From assembly GCA_024704765.1 (NCBI GenBank), contig JAKMXF010000358.1:82192-146191 (forward strand): 64,000 nt of DNA, given 5' to 3'. Below, piece by piece: positions 61,261 to 64,000 of the stretch (positions are counted from its first letter, which is position 1; each line of letters opens with the position of its first letter). The notes beneath the pieces are model-generated. The model saw only the letters and a program-made list of their open reading frames with translations, ran no database searches and was not told the origin of the DNA. The stretch is from Oopsacas minuta (Eukaryota > Animalia > Porifera). The position numbers and the translations under genes are program-made.

Positions 61261-63409
61261 GTAATAGCACACTATTGTAGTTCAGGAACGGCTTAAGGAG
61301 TCAAAATCTATCTAAACCAAATTCCACTTTCTACAAAATTCTACCACGAAGTGCTGAGCAACGTCTTTCCCTAGTGTCAGAAGTCTGACTTGTACATCCG
61401 ACCAAAATGGGGGACTATTGGCACAACTTCCACGAGTATAATCTGACTACCCTAGTGCCAAGAGTCGCCCTGGACTTGAGGCAGGTCTGGTAGGAAAGAA
61501 ATTGTGGGGAAATGTGGCACTATAACACGAGATTTGTATAGGACTTGAACTGAAATTAATATGTATCAAATCTGTTTTCATCTCAGTTTCGGTTGATAAA
61601 ATAGAGTCCAATATCAGGGATACCTACAATGGAAGAAATTATTACATTTCTGTTACAGTAATTCGCAACACAGCTGACTGTATTTTGGTTCTCAGGGATA
61701 TGATGTATTCTTGAGTCAACACTTACAATATTTGCCAAATTGAAGTTTTATTGAGGTATCTCTCTAATGTGACGTTGGTTCTACTGCACAGATATATTCA
61801 TACACAAATCTCTCCCTCTTGTATCTTCACATTAAAAACACTAATTTACAAATGAGGAATTTGCTCCAAAAAATTTTCGGGATTGTTACCATAGCATAGG
61901 CCAAGCAGACGGTCCTGCAACTCTGACGATCGCCACACGAATAATTTCATCAGCTACTGGCCAAGCCAGTCAGGTCATGGCTGGGGGCGGACCAATACCA
62001 TTGTCACTCCTATGCCAATTCACAGGTGTCGGCTGTTTGGGCTGTTTTTGTACGTATATTTTCTATTCTCTTCCTTTACCAAGGATCAATTAGATTTAGA
62101 ATAGTCGATTCCTAACCCACATGATGTGTTGAGAGGTTTATTGTGCGGTGTTTTCAATATAGTAGACATACAAAGTATTCCAAATCTGGCTCTAATGTGT
62201 TGTTATTTAGTGTCAGGAAATCATATACCCATTACATTAGACGGGAACATCAGTATATCTAAAATTTTAAACAGTCTATGATAAGGAGAAACTTTACGAC
62301 CGAACGAGTCATAAATGTCCGAATTCTTTAAAAAAAATAGGGGTACTTTGTCCAACGACCTCCATCGGCGCTGAGCGGTTGGAAACCTATCTTATAGCAT
62401 GTTAGATTTATGCTTTAAGATTGTTAGATTTATGCAGAGCGTTCGTCATACTCTGACAAAGTTCCTCATATATTCATGTGTTGACATCATGTATATATAC
62501 ATCCAAAACTATCATAAAAAATTATTATGGGTGGATGTCAAGTACTACATTAATAATATCATATTCTCAAGGGGCGTGAATAACGACGGTTTCCTTTCAA
62601 AGTATTAAGTGCTCCTCATTTTTGGAGCGCACTGCCACCTATGCTCCTTGCCCAGAAAAGGAGCGCACCCTTAACTCCGCTCAAGGAAAATAGAGCGGCT
62701 CCTTTTAATTCTTTTAGATTAGCATTTTTAGTAATCAGGACAGATTTTAACTATCATAGATTTGGGTAATTGCTAAATGTGCAACATCAAACCATTTGTA
62801 TAAACTGTGAATTATACAGTGTTACAGCAATCACTTATTACAGAAAGAATGCTGAATTTTATGCAGAATTACGTTCAAATTTGTAAATTGTTTGCAATTA
62901 AATAGGAGTGTGCTCCTTCGCCGCTCCACCTCTGCCCTAGATGCATGAAAAGTGGTGGGTCGAGGGAGGGAGAGGGGCACTCACGCGGGTAATTTCATGA
63001 TGTGGAATCATGGTCAGGAAAAATATTGCAAAGCGGTGTGAGATTTTGACTTCACAAACATGATGTCCACTACAGATGCAAATCTAAGAAAAATGTATAG
63101 AATTAATATTACAAGTATATATGCACCAAAGTGACCCCTTCACCCGCTGCCACGACTAATTTATTAGTCCAGGTGATTGGTAAAGGTCACTCCACTGCTC
63201 ATGGGTCTTGAAAGGAACTGTGATCAATATTCACGAAAATATCGGGGTTAGCACAAATATATATCGCGAAATAGTATTCAAAAAATCAAAATCAGTGTTG
63301 AAATCAAATCCCTAACATCATTGAAATAATTGCAAAATATGTGAAAAGGTGTTAAATCTTGTGTATTGTTGTTAATTAACACAGATTTTCCTAAAATATT
63401 CATATTGTA

Positions 63410-64000
63410 CACCAGGCGTTCAATAAGTTCCAAAACTTGACTATAGAATTTGAAGATAAAGGGCTTTATAATACGTATCTGTATTCAAAACAAACTTTAT
63501 TCTATCAGATGTTCAGAACTACTTTCGCTTTCACTATATCATCAATAGTCTAGTTAGGATTATTTCAATGTTTCAGTTTTGACTAACCTTGTTTTTTTCC
63601 AGTATTTATGGCTTCAAATTTGAAATTTGAGCAAATATCCTATATCAAAATTCGAACGCTTCTTGGTATTGGCCTGAAGGATATTCTCATTTACTTGGAA
63701 GTAGTTTATGGCGATGATAGTCTTTCATATACTACTATAAAGGAGTGGGCCAAGCGGTTTCGTGAAGGACGAGAGTCACTGGAAGATGAGCATCGAATCG
63801 GGTGTTCCCAGATCCGCCGTCACTAGCAGTGACACATCAGAAATTCGCTGGAGGTGAAAGAAGATACTCATACCACTGTTGATGAGCTAGCTATGAGTGT
63901 AGGGATATCAACGGGAGCTGTTCATTCCATACTTATCGATGAGCTGAAAGTTAGCAAAATTTGTTCGAGGTGGATCCACATTCCCATACAAAGCCCAAAA
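63410..64000 (+). mobile_element. 5' part of a mariner element running off the window
   Basis: ta|caccaggcgttcaataagttcc TIR; ORF from 63608 YIKIRTLLG...VYGDDSLSYTTIKEWAKRFREGRESLEDEHR, later KVSKICSRWIPH. Confidence 0.9.

Noticed and set aside
13-63826. Remaining short ORFs of 60-140 aa in the ORF track
   Set aside because: They lie within MITEs, palindromes or antisense to transposases, several start at non-ATG codons, and they show no domain signal; consistent with chance.

Overview
AT-rich eukaryotic (probably invertebrate animal) genomic DNA that is almost entirely a nest of DNA transposons and their non-autonomous derivatives. Recognisable remnants include hAT (Buster/Charlie, ZMYM1-like, BED-finger and hATm types), Mutator/MULE (FLYWCH+MULE), mariner, a DD37D (maT) Tc1/mariner, a SCAND3/KRBA2-type integrase with an intron, a THAP-domain element with long TIRs (P/Galileo-like), many TA-flanked pogo/Tigger-like MITEs, Helitron-like repeats and several long palindromes. 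Only one candidate host gene is present (31747-33060, 437 aa, unassigned). The best-preserved element is a 3.2-kb hATm transposon (37740-40946) with about 370-bp TIRs, a perfect 8-bp TSD and a single frameshift. The right third contains a 289-N gap and four single-N joins. Split transposon halves and their TSDs show the pieces between these joins are in the wrong order or orientation. No rRNA, tRNA, CRISPR or prokaryotic features were seen. All family calls come from motif recognition by eye and need HMM/BLAST confirmation; the organism cannot be determined from the sequence.
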